Below are positions 8,020-16,167 of a stretch of DNA of 32,000 nt, piece after piece (the first letter of the stretch is position 1; each line of letters begins with the position of its first letter). The notes below the pieces were generated by a model. The model was not told the DNA's origin. It worked only from the letters and a program-made list of their open reading frames with translations, and did no database searches. This stretch comes from Candidatus Methanophagaceae archaeon (GTDB lineage: Archaea; Halobacteriota; Syntropharchaeia; Alkanophagales; Methanospirareceae): positions 250,444 through 282,443 of the forward strand of contig PQXB01000001.1 in NCBI GenBank assembly GCA_003194425.1, given 5' to 3'. The position numbers were made by a program, and so were the translations under genes.

Positions 8020-8180
8020 CGTTCCGTTCTCTACCCAGCCACTTATTTGATTTATTCTAACTTAAACTTACTTTACTAAGTTTAGTTTTACTTTACCTAA
8101 CCCGACGCTCTTTCAGTTCTGACTGGTAAGAAAAAATTAGGAGGTGATCCAGCCGCAGATTCCTCTACGGCTACCTTGTT

Positions 8181-8916
8181 CACGCGGTTCCCCATGTCGC
8201 CATGAGGCGTGGACTATATCACCATCTCAAGGACTTGCTTCTTTCTGGGATGATTCGAGCCGATCAAATATGCAAAATCCCTGTAGGATTCACATCGGAC
8301 AAAGAATCTCCAGTAGCACGGGTCATTTTTCTTACTCGGGTTGTGGATTTTTCCGCATTTTATCCCAAGCTCGGTAAGAAACGAACATACTTCTTCAAGG
8401 TCTTTCTTATCCTTTTGTGCGAAGTAAATGTACATTCGTGCACCCGGCTTCTTCGGAACACTACCTTCTGCATCGAAGTATCCACGAACGTAGTCTATTT
8501 TGTTCTGTCGAGTCTCGATTTTTGCATCGCGCAAAATAAATTTGGAGAACTCGACAACATAGACATTTCGCGATTTTCCTTCGCGGTAAATCCACGCATT
8601 GTATCCCATTTTACGAATCATCGCTGTGATGAAGTAGATGAATGATTCATCGTTCTGGGTAACACGATATGTGTATTTCCGCTCAGTTGCATCATGCAGT
8701 ATTCCTATGAGATAGGCTTTCGTCATCCCTTCTTTACCTTGAGAGCTCGGCGTGTAGTCTCTGAGGGGTCAAGAACCTAAACAAAAAAAGAAAAGGTTCC
8801 GACTTCCCTGCTGATTGACCCCACCCAACCCGTTGCCAGGTTGGGATACACGGGTGTTTCCAGCATATAGCCAAGTTTTTCCCAATCCCTCGCGGGAAAG
8901 GGGTCGCAACTTTCTT
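8181..8916 (-). mobile_element. 16S rRNA intron 1 (about 736 nt) carrying a LAGLIDADG homing endonuclease gene, inserted in the AAGTCGTAACAAGGTAGCC block near the 3' end
   Basis: ggctaccttgtt ends at 8180 and the continuation acgactt starts at 8917 (2-nt tt ambiguity). The interior holds ORF 8214..8726 plus about 190 nt of structured sequence, for example a 7-bp hairpin cccaacc/ggttggg around 8826-8850. Confidence 0.8.
8214..8726 (-). CDS. LAGLIDADG homing endonuclease (two-motif, I-DmoI-like size), intron-encoded
   Basis: 170-aa ORF on the rRNA strand inside the 16S intron. Motif 1 is AYLIGILHDATE at the N-terminus and motif 2 is YVRGYFDAEGSV about 95 aa later. There are no internal stops. 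Confidence 0.85.
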   Translation of the reverse strand: MTKAYLIGILHDATERKYTYRVTQNDESFIYFITAMIRKMGYNAWIYREGKSRNVYVVEFSKFILRDAKIETRQNKIDYVRGYFDAEGSVPKKPGARMYIYFAQKDKKDLEEVCSFLTELGIKCGKIHNPSKKNDPCYWRFFVRCESYRDFAYLIGSNHPRKKQVLEMVI

Positions 8917-8994
8917 ACGACTTAGCCCCCCTTGCGAGACTTAGGTTCGAACGCGTCAAGAAACGCGGCCTCACCTAAACCCCACTCGGCTGGC

Positions 8995-9035
<41 letters not shown>

Positions 9036-9448
9036 CCCCATTTTGAGGGGCGATTACTACGGATTCCTCGTTCACGAGGGCGAGTTGCAGCCCTCGATCC
9101 CAACCAGGAGCAGCTTTAGGGGATTACCTTCCCCTTTCGGGGTCGTTACCCATTGTACTGCCCATTGTAGCACGCGTGTAGCCCGGAAGATTCGGGGCGT
9201 ACTGACCTACCGTGGCCCGCTTCTTCCTCCACCTTAGCGGCGGCAGTCCTCGCAGAGTGCCCATCTTCCTTGCGGAAATGCTGGCAACTGCGAGTGCGGG
9301 TCTCGCCCGTTGCCTGACTTAACAGGATGCTTCACAACACGAACTGCCGACGGCCATGCGCCACCTCTCAGCTAATCCAGTAAGGTCTTCAGCCTGACCT
9401 TCATCTCGCTGTCCCCTCCGGTGAGTTTTCCGGCGTTGAATCCAATTG

Positions 9449-9499
<51 letters not shown>

Positions 9500-9612
9500 G
9501 CTGCCACCGCTCGCTCTCGCCTCTCTCCCTGTTTTTCAAAAAAATGTTGAAAGAAAAAAAAGAAAAAAGAAAAGTAGGGAATTAGGATTTTGGGTTGAGC
9601 GAGTGCTGGTTT
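9500..9612 (-). other. 16S rRNA intron 2 (113 nt) splitting GGCTGAAAC|TTAAAGGAATTGG (E. coli region about 907-915)
   Basis: Exon sequence cgccaattcctttaag ends at about 9496-9499 and resumes as gtttcagccttgcgacc at about 9609-9613. The junction is ambiguous within a 4-nt aaac repeat. The insert is closed by the inverted repeat ctcgctc (9510-9516) against gagcgag (9598-9604). The interior is an A-rich low-complexity tract. Confidence 0.75.
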
Positions 9613-9729
9613 CAGCCTTGCGACCGTACTCCCCAGATGGCGGGCTTAACGGCTTCCCTTCGGCGCTGACATCGCTCGCAGCAATGCCAACACCCAGCCC
9701 GCATCGTTTACAGCCAGGACTACCCGGGT

Positions 9730-9931
9730 TTTTAGTGAGAAGGGAGAAAACATTTGAGTTTGATGACTTTGTCCGGATGAATAATCTTCACTTACTGTCA
9801 CTCTTAGACTTACTGTCAAAGACTTACTGACAACCTTAACGATCTTGGTGTAAGTCTTCAAGAACGATTCTACTCTGCGTTCCAATTTCACATTGGCATC
9901 ATCCATTTGTTTTGTTTTCTCCCTCACTCAT
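9730..9931 (-). other. 16S rRNA intron 3 (about 202 nt) splitting GGATTAGATA|CCCGGGTAGTCC (E. coli region about 785-806)
   Basis: ggactacccgggt ends at 9729 and atctaatccggttcgcgaccc resumes at 9932 (1-nt ambiguity). The interior contains three copies of ACTTACTG(T/A)CA at about 9789-9832. Confidence 0.75.
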
Positions 9932-10173
9932 ATCTAATCCGGTTCGCGACCCTGGCCTTCGTCCCTCACCGTCGGACCCGGTCTGGTCAGACGCCTTCGC
10001 TGCCGGTGGTCCCCCAAGGATTAAAAGATTTCACCCCTACCCCTGGAGTACCTCTGACCTCTCCCGGTCCCAAGCCGAGCAGTATTCCCTGAACGCCTGA
10101 CCGTTAAGCGGTCAAATTTCCCAAGGAACTTACCCAGCCGGCTACGGACGCTTTAGACCCAATAAACGTGGCT

Positions 10174-10218
<45 letters not shown>

Positions 10219-10904
10219 ACCCAGCCCTTCCTTCAGGTGCTCTTTAGACACCTGAACAGCCTCCGTTGGAGGCACTCAGAGTTCCCTTATCGCGCTTCCG
10301 CGCATTGTAAAGTTTTCGCGCCTGATGCGTCCCGTAGGACCTGGGTTCTTCTCTCAGAACCCATCTCCGGGCTATTGCTCTCACAACCCGTACCGATCGT
10401 CGGCTTGTTAATCCGTTACATTAACAACGACCTAATCGGCCGCAGACCTATCCTTGGGCGCCCCGCCTCTCGACGCGGCTTTCGAGCATCGCGCATTCCA
10501 GCTGCCGATGCCCTATCCGGTATTAGCCCCAGTTTCCCAGGGGTTGTCCCAGACCCAAGGGCAAGTTGTCCACGTGTTACTGAGCCGTCCGCCGGGTTAC
10601 CTCGCATTCTTCTCCCGAAGGAGAAAAAAGGAGGCACCCACGACTAACATGGCTTAATCGAACTCTGATGGCAGTAGCCTCTGGCAGGATCAACCAGTAT
10701 TGAACTGCAGGGTTTCACAACACATTGCACACACTTCTCTGCACTTACCTACCTTCTACACTGTTTCTTACTCACCAATCAGATTTACTGGCTCGTCAGA
10801 TTAGGCTTACGTCGGACACGAACCTGCTTTCTTTCGCGGCCCCACTTTTTTTGCAGCGCAGCGGAAGTCAATTCCGCTTGCTACAAATACACATTTAATC
10901 TGTC

Positions 10905-10916
10905 TCTATAAAAACC
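10905..10916 (-). promoter_or_regulatory. candidate TATA box of the rRNA operon promoter
   Basis: The minus strand reads GAAGGTTTTTATAGAG. TTTTTATA sits about 200 nt upstream of the mature 16S 5' end, immediately after the stop of the upstream malic enzyme gene. No other strong TATA-like element was seen in 10700-10926. Confidence 0.3.
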
Positions 10917-10926
10917 TTCAATTTTT

Positions 10927-12294
10927 TTATCGTGATTTTATCCTGAATATCCGCTCTCGTGCCTTCTTTTCCAACTCGTCCGCGGAGATCCCTATTTTTG
11001 CTGCGCCCTGCCCCTGCGCGGTCATCCCCACCGCGACCGCCTCGCGCACGTACATCTCGCTCTCGTCCATTCCGGGAATTATGTAGCCCTCGCTTAACCC
11101 TTTCCCCTTCCCTTCTTCCTCCGCGTACTTCGCGATTGCGTTCGCCGCCGCGAGGCACATCTCGTCTGTTATGCATGTGGCACGCACATCTAGAGCGCCC
11201 CTAAAGACCGCAGGGAAGCCCAGAGAATTATTTACTTGATTCTCGAAGTCGCTCCTCCCGGTGGCAACAATCCTCGCCCCCGCCTCCTTCGCTTCCCCGG
11301 GCCAAATCTCTGGCACCGGATTCGCACACGCAAAGACAACCGCGTCGTCCGCCATTCCCTCCACCCACTCCTTTTTTATCACGCCCGGACCCGGCGTCGA
11401 GAGCGCGACGCAAACATCCGCCCCGCGCATCGCCTCTTTAATTCCTCCGCTTCTACCTTCTTTGTTCGTCTTCTCGCAGATTTCCCACTTGCTCTTGTCC
11501 CCGCTCTCTCCACTCTCTCCACTCTCTCCACTCTCTCCGCTCTCTCCCGCTCTCTCCCCAGCTCTCTCCTCCCCTCTCCCTCGCACGTCCTCTCTCTCCC
11601 GGTTCAAGATCCCGCGGCTGTCCACCACTACCAAATTTCCCCACTTCGCCCCCGCAACGCGCAAGTATTTCGCGACGCAAATATTCGCCGCACCCGCGCC
11701 GACCAGCGCAACAGTCACCTCGCTCAGCCGCTTCCCCACCACTTTCAACGCGTTCAGCAGCCCTGCGAGAATTACCAACGCCGTCCCCTGCTGGTCGTCG
11801 TGCCAAACCGGCACCCCCAACTCAGGCAACTCCGCCTGCAGCCGCTCCAGAATGTAGTAGCACTTCGGACTCTCAATGTCTTCCAAATTCACGCCCCCAA
11901 ACCCGGGCGACAGCCACTTCACCGCGTTTATTATCTCCTCCGCATCTGTCGTCGCCAAGCAAAGCGGGAACGCGTCCACGCCGCCCAAATATTTGAAGAG
12001 CATTGCTTTGCCCTCCATCACAGGAAGCGCCGCCTCCGGTCCCACATTTCCCAGCCCCAGCACCCGCGTCCCGTCGGTAACAATCGCCACCGAATTGCCC
12101 TTGTTCGTGTACTCAAAGACCCTCTCTCTGCTGTTTTTTATCGCACGGCTCGGCACCGCCACTCCCGGCGTGTACCAGACTGCGAAATCGTCGTAGCTCT
12201 GAACCGGCGCCTTCAGCCCGATTTCGATTTTCCCTCTGTATTGAGCGTGGCGTTCTAAAGCGAGCTCTTCGGGCTCGGACTTGTTTGGCGCCAC
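10927..12294 (-). CDS. NAD(P)-dependent malic enzyme (short archaeal/bacterial type) with a low-complexity insertion
   Basis: Family motifs are present: YTPGVA, VAIVTDGTRVLGLGNVGPEAALPVMEGKAMLFK, GVNLEDI, VWHDDQQGTA and LVGAGAAN. The longest ORF runs to a TTG at 12435, but that would abut the divergent gene with no spacer and add a K/E-rich 47-aa leader. I favour the GTG at 12294-12292 (V in SLVAPNK, about 16 aa before ALERHAQYRGKIEI), which has GGAGAGGTGA upstream. The start is uncertain. Confidence 0.8.
   Translation of the reverse strand: MAPNKSEPEELALERHAQYRGKIEIGLKAPVQSYDDFAVWYTPGVAVPSRAIKNSRERVFEYTNKGNSVAIVTDGTRVLGLGNVGPEAALPVMEGKAMLFKYLGGVDAFPLCLATTDAEEIINAVKWLSPGFGGVNLEDIESPKCYYILERLQAELPELGVPVWHDDQQGTALVILAGLLNALKVVGKRLSEVTVALVGAGAANICVAKYLRVAGAKWGNLVVVDSRGILNREREDVRGRGEERAGERAGESGESGESGESGESGDKSKWEICEKTNKEGRSGGIKEAMRGADVCVALSTPGPGVIKKEWVEGMADDAVVFACANPVPEIWPGEAKEAGARIVATGRSDFENQVNNSLGFPAVFRGALDVRATCITDEMCLAAANAIAKYAEEEGKGKGLSEGYIIPGMDESEMYVREAVAVGMTAQGQGAAKIGISADELEKKARERIFRIKSR
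11503..11569 (-). repeat. 9-bp tandem repeat ((A/G)CTCTCTCC, about 7 units) inside the malic enzyme gene, encoding GERAGERAGESGESGESGESGESG
   Basis: Direct reading of 11503-11569: gctctctcc actctctcc x3 gctctctcc cgctctctcc ccagctctctcc. Confidence 0.85.
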
Positions 12295-12435
12295 TAACGA
12301 CTCTTTCTTCACCTCTCCCTTCTCCTTCTTCTCTTGTCTCCTCTTGATAATTACTCTTGTCTCTTCTTGGTCTTGATAAACTTTCCTCTCTTCTTGGGAA
12401 TTCTTTTTAATCTCTAATAAGAGAGAAAATATCAA

Positions 12436-12942
12436 ATGAAAATATCAATGGACATTGAGCTGAAGGACATTCCGGGTCAGTTGGTGCTGGCACTGAAGCC
12501 TGTCTCGGACTTCGGCGGAAATATCCTCAGCGTGCTGCACCAGCGAGAGAAGAAGACTCCCTCGGGCAAAATCCCTGTTCAAGTGGTGCTCGAAATCGCA
12601 GAGACTGCGACTGCAGAGAGGCGGTTGGAGGGGCTGGTAGAGGAGTTAAAGAAGCAGGGGGTGAATGTTGTAAGGGTGGGAAAAGAGCGGCTGCGGGAGT
12701 CGGTGGTCGTTCTCCTGATCGGACACATCGTGCACACAGACCTGCGAGAGACGATTGACAAAATAGACCGCACGGGGTTCGCAGAAGTAGTCGCACTCAC
12801 TCTTTCAATGCCCGGCGTGAATAAGAAGTCCTCTGCTTCGGTTACGGTAAGCGCGGTGGGCAGGGAGGAGTTGAAAGCGGCGTTGAAGATTTTAGAAGCG
12901 ACTGCGGACGGAAAGGGCATTGCAGTTGTCTCACCTATTTAA
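12436..12942 (+). CDS. ACT-domain (amino-acid-binding) protein, archaeal type, upstream of homoserine dehydrogenase
   Basis: 168-aa ORF. Two ACT-like beta-alpha-beta-beta-alpha-beta units are suggested by IELKDIPGQLVLALKPVSDFGGNILSV and the second half VVVLLIGHIVHTDLRETIDKI. It sits 12 bp upstream of hom in the same orientation. An alternative start is the ATG at 12448. Confidence 0.7.
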   Translation: MKISMDIELKDIPGQLVLALKPVSDFGGNILSVLHQREKKTPSGKIPVQVVLEIAETATAERRLEGLVEELKKQGVNVVRVGKERLRESVVVLLIGHIVHTDLRETIDKIDRTGFAEVVALTLSMPGVNKKSSASVTVSAVGREELKAALKILEATADGKGIAVVSPI

Positions 12943-12954
12943 ACGGAAAATAAA

Positions 12955-13989
12955 ATGAAGCGTAAAAATGAGACGGTGAGGATTTCGATAATTGGGTTCG
13001 GGTACGTGGGCAGCGGAGTGGCGGAGGTTGTGACGCGGAAGCGGGCGGAAATAGCGAGGAAGCACGGGTTGGACTTGAAAATCGTCGGCGTTGCGGACTT
13101 GCGGGGCGTTGTCGTGGACGAGGACGGGCTGAGCGCGAAGACTTTGAGGAAACTCAGTGCAGGAGAGAGAGGAGTAGGAAGTTGGAAAGAGGCAGCAGCG
13201 GAAGGACTGACGAGTTTGGACTTGATAAAAGAGGTGGAGCACGAGGTTGTGGTAGAGGCGACGCCGACGAATGTCGAGACAGGCGAGCCGGGTCTGACGC
13301 ACATAATTTCAGCGTTGGAGGCGGGCAGGCACGTGGTGACCTCGAACAAGGGACCGTTGGCGTTGGAGTACCGAAGGCTGACCGAACTCGCAGCGAGGCG
13401 GGGGAGGGAGTTGAGGTTTGAAGCCGCGGTGGGTGGTGCAATGCCGTTAATTTCGCTGGTAAGGCAGAACCTCGCGGGCAACGGCGTAATTTCTTTGAGG
13501 GGCATTTTGAACGGCACCTGCAACTACATCCTGACACGAATGGCGGAGGAGGGGCTGCCCTACGAGCATGTTTTGAAGGAGGCGAAGGAGCTTGGAATCG
13601 CCGAGACCGACCCTTCCAAAGATGTTGAGGGCACGGACACGGCGGTGAAACTGGTTATTCTCGCGAACTCGGTCTTTGAGAGGAACGCGACTTACAAAGA
13701 TGTGGCGGTGGCAGGAATCACGGAAATTACGACCGACGCGTTGCGGCTCGCGAGTGAAGCGGGGTTTGTGATAAAATTAATCGGCGAGGTAAATAAGGAA
13801 GGTTTCTTGAGAGTTGCGCCGCGGTTAGTTCCGAAAGCCGACCCGCTGAATGTCGGCGGCACGCTGAACGTCGCAAAGGTAAAGACCGATTTGGCTGGTG
13901 AGATTACGGTAATCGGAAAAGGCGCGGGTCCGATCGAGGCTGCGAGCGCCGTCCTCTCGGACATAATTTGGACCGCGAAGCATTTTTGA
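12955..13989 (+). CDS. hom: homoserine dehydrogenase
   Basis: 344-aa ORF. It has an N-terminal Rossmann motif ISIIGFGYVGSGV, then VVTSNKGPLA, ILNGTCNYILTRM and the ETDPS..DVEG.D...KLVILAN catalytic-domain motifs. Confidence 0.9.
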   Translation: MKRKNETVRISIIGFGYVGSGVAEVVTRKRAEIARKHGLDLKIVGVADLRGVVVDEDGLSAKTLRKLSAGERGVGSWKEAAAEGLTSLDLIKEVEHEVVVEATPTNVETGEPGLTHIISALEAGRHVVTSNKGPLALEYRRLTELAARRGRELRFEAAVGGAMPLISLVRQNLAGNGVISLRGILNGTCNYILTRMAEEGLPYEHVLKEAKELGIAETDPSKDVEGTDTAVKLVILANSVFERNATYKDVAVAGITEITTDALRLASEAGFVIKLIGEVNKEGFLRVAPRLVPKADPLNVGGTLNVAKVKTDLAGEITVIGKGAGPIEAASAVLSDIIWTAKHF

Positions 13990-13991
13990 TC

Positions 13992-14010
13992 AAACTTTTA
14001 GAAAAAGTTT
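13992..14010. terminator. A/T hairpin between convergent hom and tRNA-Tyr (possible bidirectional terminator)
   Basis: aaactttt-aga-aaaagttt is a perfect 8-bp stem with T-runs on both strands, 3 nt after the hom stop and 4 nt after the tRNA 3' end. Confidence 0.3.
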
Positions 14011-14013
14011 TAA

Positions 14014-14132
14014 TCCCGCCTCCCGGATTTGAACCGGGGATATCGCGGTCTCCGCGCGCGGTAATACGACCTTTTGGAGGAGGTCAAAGTCACACTACAG
14101 CCGCGCACTCTTCCAAACTGAGTTAAGGCGGG
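14014..14132 (-). tRNA. tRNA-Tyr (GUA) with a 45-nt intron at the canonical 37/38 position
   Basis: RC reads CCCGCCT TA ACTC AGTTTGGAA GAGT G CGCGG CTGTAG [45-nt intron tgtgactttg...cgcggag] A CCGCG ATATC CCCGG TTCAAAT CCGGG AGGCGGG A. The mature tRNA is 74 nt. It has the C1:G72 pair typical of archaeal and eukaryal tRNA-Tyr and an A73 discriminator. No CCA is encoded. Confidence 0.85.
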
Positions 14133-14165
14133 ATTTTATTCTCTGCTGAATATTTGCGATTTACA

Positions 14166-15593
14166 CTATATAAATACTACCTCTACTCTCTCGCCTTCTT
14201 CTACAATCTCCTTCCCCTTCTCCACGAACACAAAACCGTCCGCTTTTGCGAGCGTAGAGATTGCCCCAGAGCCACTGAGAAAGGGGTAAGCGAGGAAATG
14301 CTCTTCTTGCTCTTCTTCTGATTCTGACTCCGCACGAGCGAGATTCACAAGCACATATTCATTCCGCCCGGGTTCAGAGAATATCCTGACCCCCGCCTTC
14401 GCTTTTACCCTCTTCCTCCTTTCCCTTCCCTCGCTCCCTCCCCGCCCCTCGCTCCCTTCGCCCGAGATTGCGCGTAGCAGGGGAGCGACGAAAAGATGAA
14501 AGGTAATCAGAGCCGAGGTAGGGTTGCCGGGCAGTCCAAACACGGGCTTTCCCTGAATTACGCCAAGAACAAACGGTTTTCCGGGTTTTATGTCAACGCC
14601 GTGCACGAGAATCTCGCCGAGCCCTTCGATCACCGCGGGCAGCACGTCGCCAACGCCCGCAGAAGTCCCGCCAGACAGAATTACGACCTCTGCACCTTTT
14701 GCGAGCGATTCCCGGATCTTCGCCGAGATCTCTCCCTCCTCGTCCCGCGCAATCCCGAGGGAGAAAGGGGCGCAGCCGTTTTCTCGCGCGGAATCGCAGA
14801 GCGTCTGCGCGTTAACATCGTAGATTTTTCCAGGCGCGAGGGAAAGGGCTTCCCCCGGCGCTACTAATTCGTTGCCCGTGGAAATAACCGCAACTCTCGG
14901 CTTTTTACGAACCAATACTTCTCTTACCCCGCAGGCAGCCAGCACGCCCGTCTCTCGCGGCGTTAGCAGTCGCCCCTTTTTTACGACCTTCTCCCCGCGT
15001 TTTATGTCCGAGCCCGCGGGCATAATATTTTCCGCAGGAGCAACGGGCTTGTAAATTCTCACTTTTTTCGATTTTTCAAACTCAAACGCGTTCTCGACCT
15101 TTACCACCGCGTTCGCCCCTCTCGGAATCGGCGCACCCGTAGCAATCCCCACGCAACTGCCCTCCTCTACGCCGCCGTATTGCGACGCCGAAGGGAACTC
15201 GCCTGCTTTGAGGTAGCCCCGAACAACCAACGTAGCAGGCTTGCTTTCGTCGGCGTAAAAAGTGTCCGCGGCGAGAACCGCGTAGCCGTCCATCGTAGCG
15301 CGGTCAAACGGCGGAATGTCCAGCGGCGAGAAAATATCACCCACAACGGTTCTACCAAGTGCTTCCTCAGTCCTTACTTTCTCGCCCTTTCCCCCTCCTG
15401 CCCCAACGTTTCCCCCCCCTACCCCAGCGCCAGCGGTGATTTTTTTCGCAAGCTCCGCGCTAAGGTCGCCGATTAGCCTTTTTACTTCTCCCTCCTCTGT
15501 TATTTCCAAGAATTGCTTCACTTTGCTTTTAAAAGGAAAACCTATAAAAACAAACAAGTCTATAAAATAAAAGGTGAGAACAACGGCAGACAA
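14166..15593 (-). CDS. moeA: molybdopterin molybdenumtransferase MoeA, with low-complexity insertions
   Basis: Family motifs are present: EALGRTVVGDIFSPLDIPPFDRATMDGYAV, ISTGNELV, YDVNA, ILSGGTSAGVGD, KPGKPFVLG and GLPGNPTSA. The N-terminus is uncertain. The first 24 codons (MSAVVLTFYFIDLFVFIGFPFKSK) look non-native, and the GTG at 15521 is an alternative start. Confidence 0.85.
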   Translation of the reverse strand: MSAVVLTFYFIDLFVFIGFPFKSKVKQFLEITEEGEVKRLIGDLSAELAKKITAGAGVGGGNVGAGGGKGEKVRTEEALGRTVVGDIFSPLDIPPFDRATMDGYAVLAADTFYADESKPATLVVRGYLKAGEFPSASQYGGVEEGSCVGIATGAPIPRGANAVVKVENAFEFEKSKKVRIYKPVAPAENIMPAGSDIKRGEKVVKKGRLLTPRETGVLAACGVREVLVRKKPRVAVISTGNELVAPGEALSLAPGKIYDVNAQTLCDSARENGCAPFSLGIARDEEGEISAKIRESLAKGAEVVILSGGTSAGVGDVLPAVIEGLGEILVHGVDIKPGKPFVLGVIQGKPVFGLPGNPTSALITFHLFVAPLLRAISGEGSEGRGGSEGRERRKRVKAKAGVRIFSEPGRNEYVLVNLARAESESEEEQEEHFLAYPFLSGSGAISTLAKADGFVFVEKGKEIVEEGERVEVVFI

Positions 15594-16167
15594 AAGCAGG
15601 GGAAATAGGGCAACTGCAACCGCGACTCACGGAACCGGAACGGTTGTGGCAGTGGGAACTGTGCTGGCAGGTGCAAGCACGGGTCTTAATCTTGAGGGGA
15701 TTTTTTATAACGGAGGGACGAAAATTGGGTATGTAGTTCATATTTTTATTGCACGAAGAAAAGTTAAAAAGCAGGAAAAAGTTAAAAAGCAGGATAAGAT
15801 AAAAGAGATATTAAAGGAAGCGAAGATGTTAATGACAAACAAATATCATCACGCTCATCTGCATCATTGGTTGGATGGGAGCGCCGAAGAAGGAAGGAAA
15901 GAAGGAGTAAGTGAGGGGCGCTACAAAAATACCGCAAAAATATGAATAAAACAGGGAATAGAGAGATAGAGGATAGTATAGAAGGGGGTATAAGAAGGTG
16001 AAAGGGAAGAGCGCGGAGAAAAGCAGGGAAAAAACGAGTGAAAGGGGAAAAGCAAGTAGAAATAGAGCAGAATACCGAAACCTTTTTATACATACTACCG
16101 AAAAGCATATATACCCCTTCAAAGAAATAGAAGGTATAAAAAAAATTAGGAGGTGAAAACAAAAAAA

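Noticed and set aside
9646-9927. 93-codon minus-strand ORF starting inside 16S intron 3, a possible degenerate intron protein
   Set aside because: Only about 66 codons lie in the intron and the rest runs into conserved 16S exon sequence. It has no LAGLIDADG or other nuclease motif and no SD.
11236-12258. 340-aa and 198-aa plus-strand ORFs antisense to the malic enzyme gene, and similar antisense ORFs in hom, moeA and the giant gene (for example 12939..13523, 21726..22193, 23376..23837)
   Set aside because: They have no motifs and a Pro/Arg/Ser-rich composition, and they lie opposite ORFs with strong family signatures. The duplicated antisense ORFs in 21-24 kb simply mirror the intragenic tandem duplication.
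15574-15945. 123-aa plus-strand ORF (GTG start) in the moeA-island spacer
   Set aside because: It has a GTG start without an SD. One half is Gly/Thr/Ala-rich and the other Lys/Glu-rich, encoded by the purine tract and the 18-bp tandem repeat. There are no recognisable motifs, so it is reported only as part of the unusual spacer.
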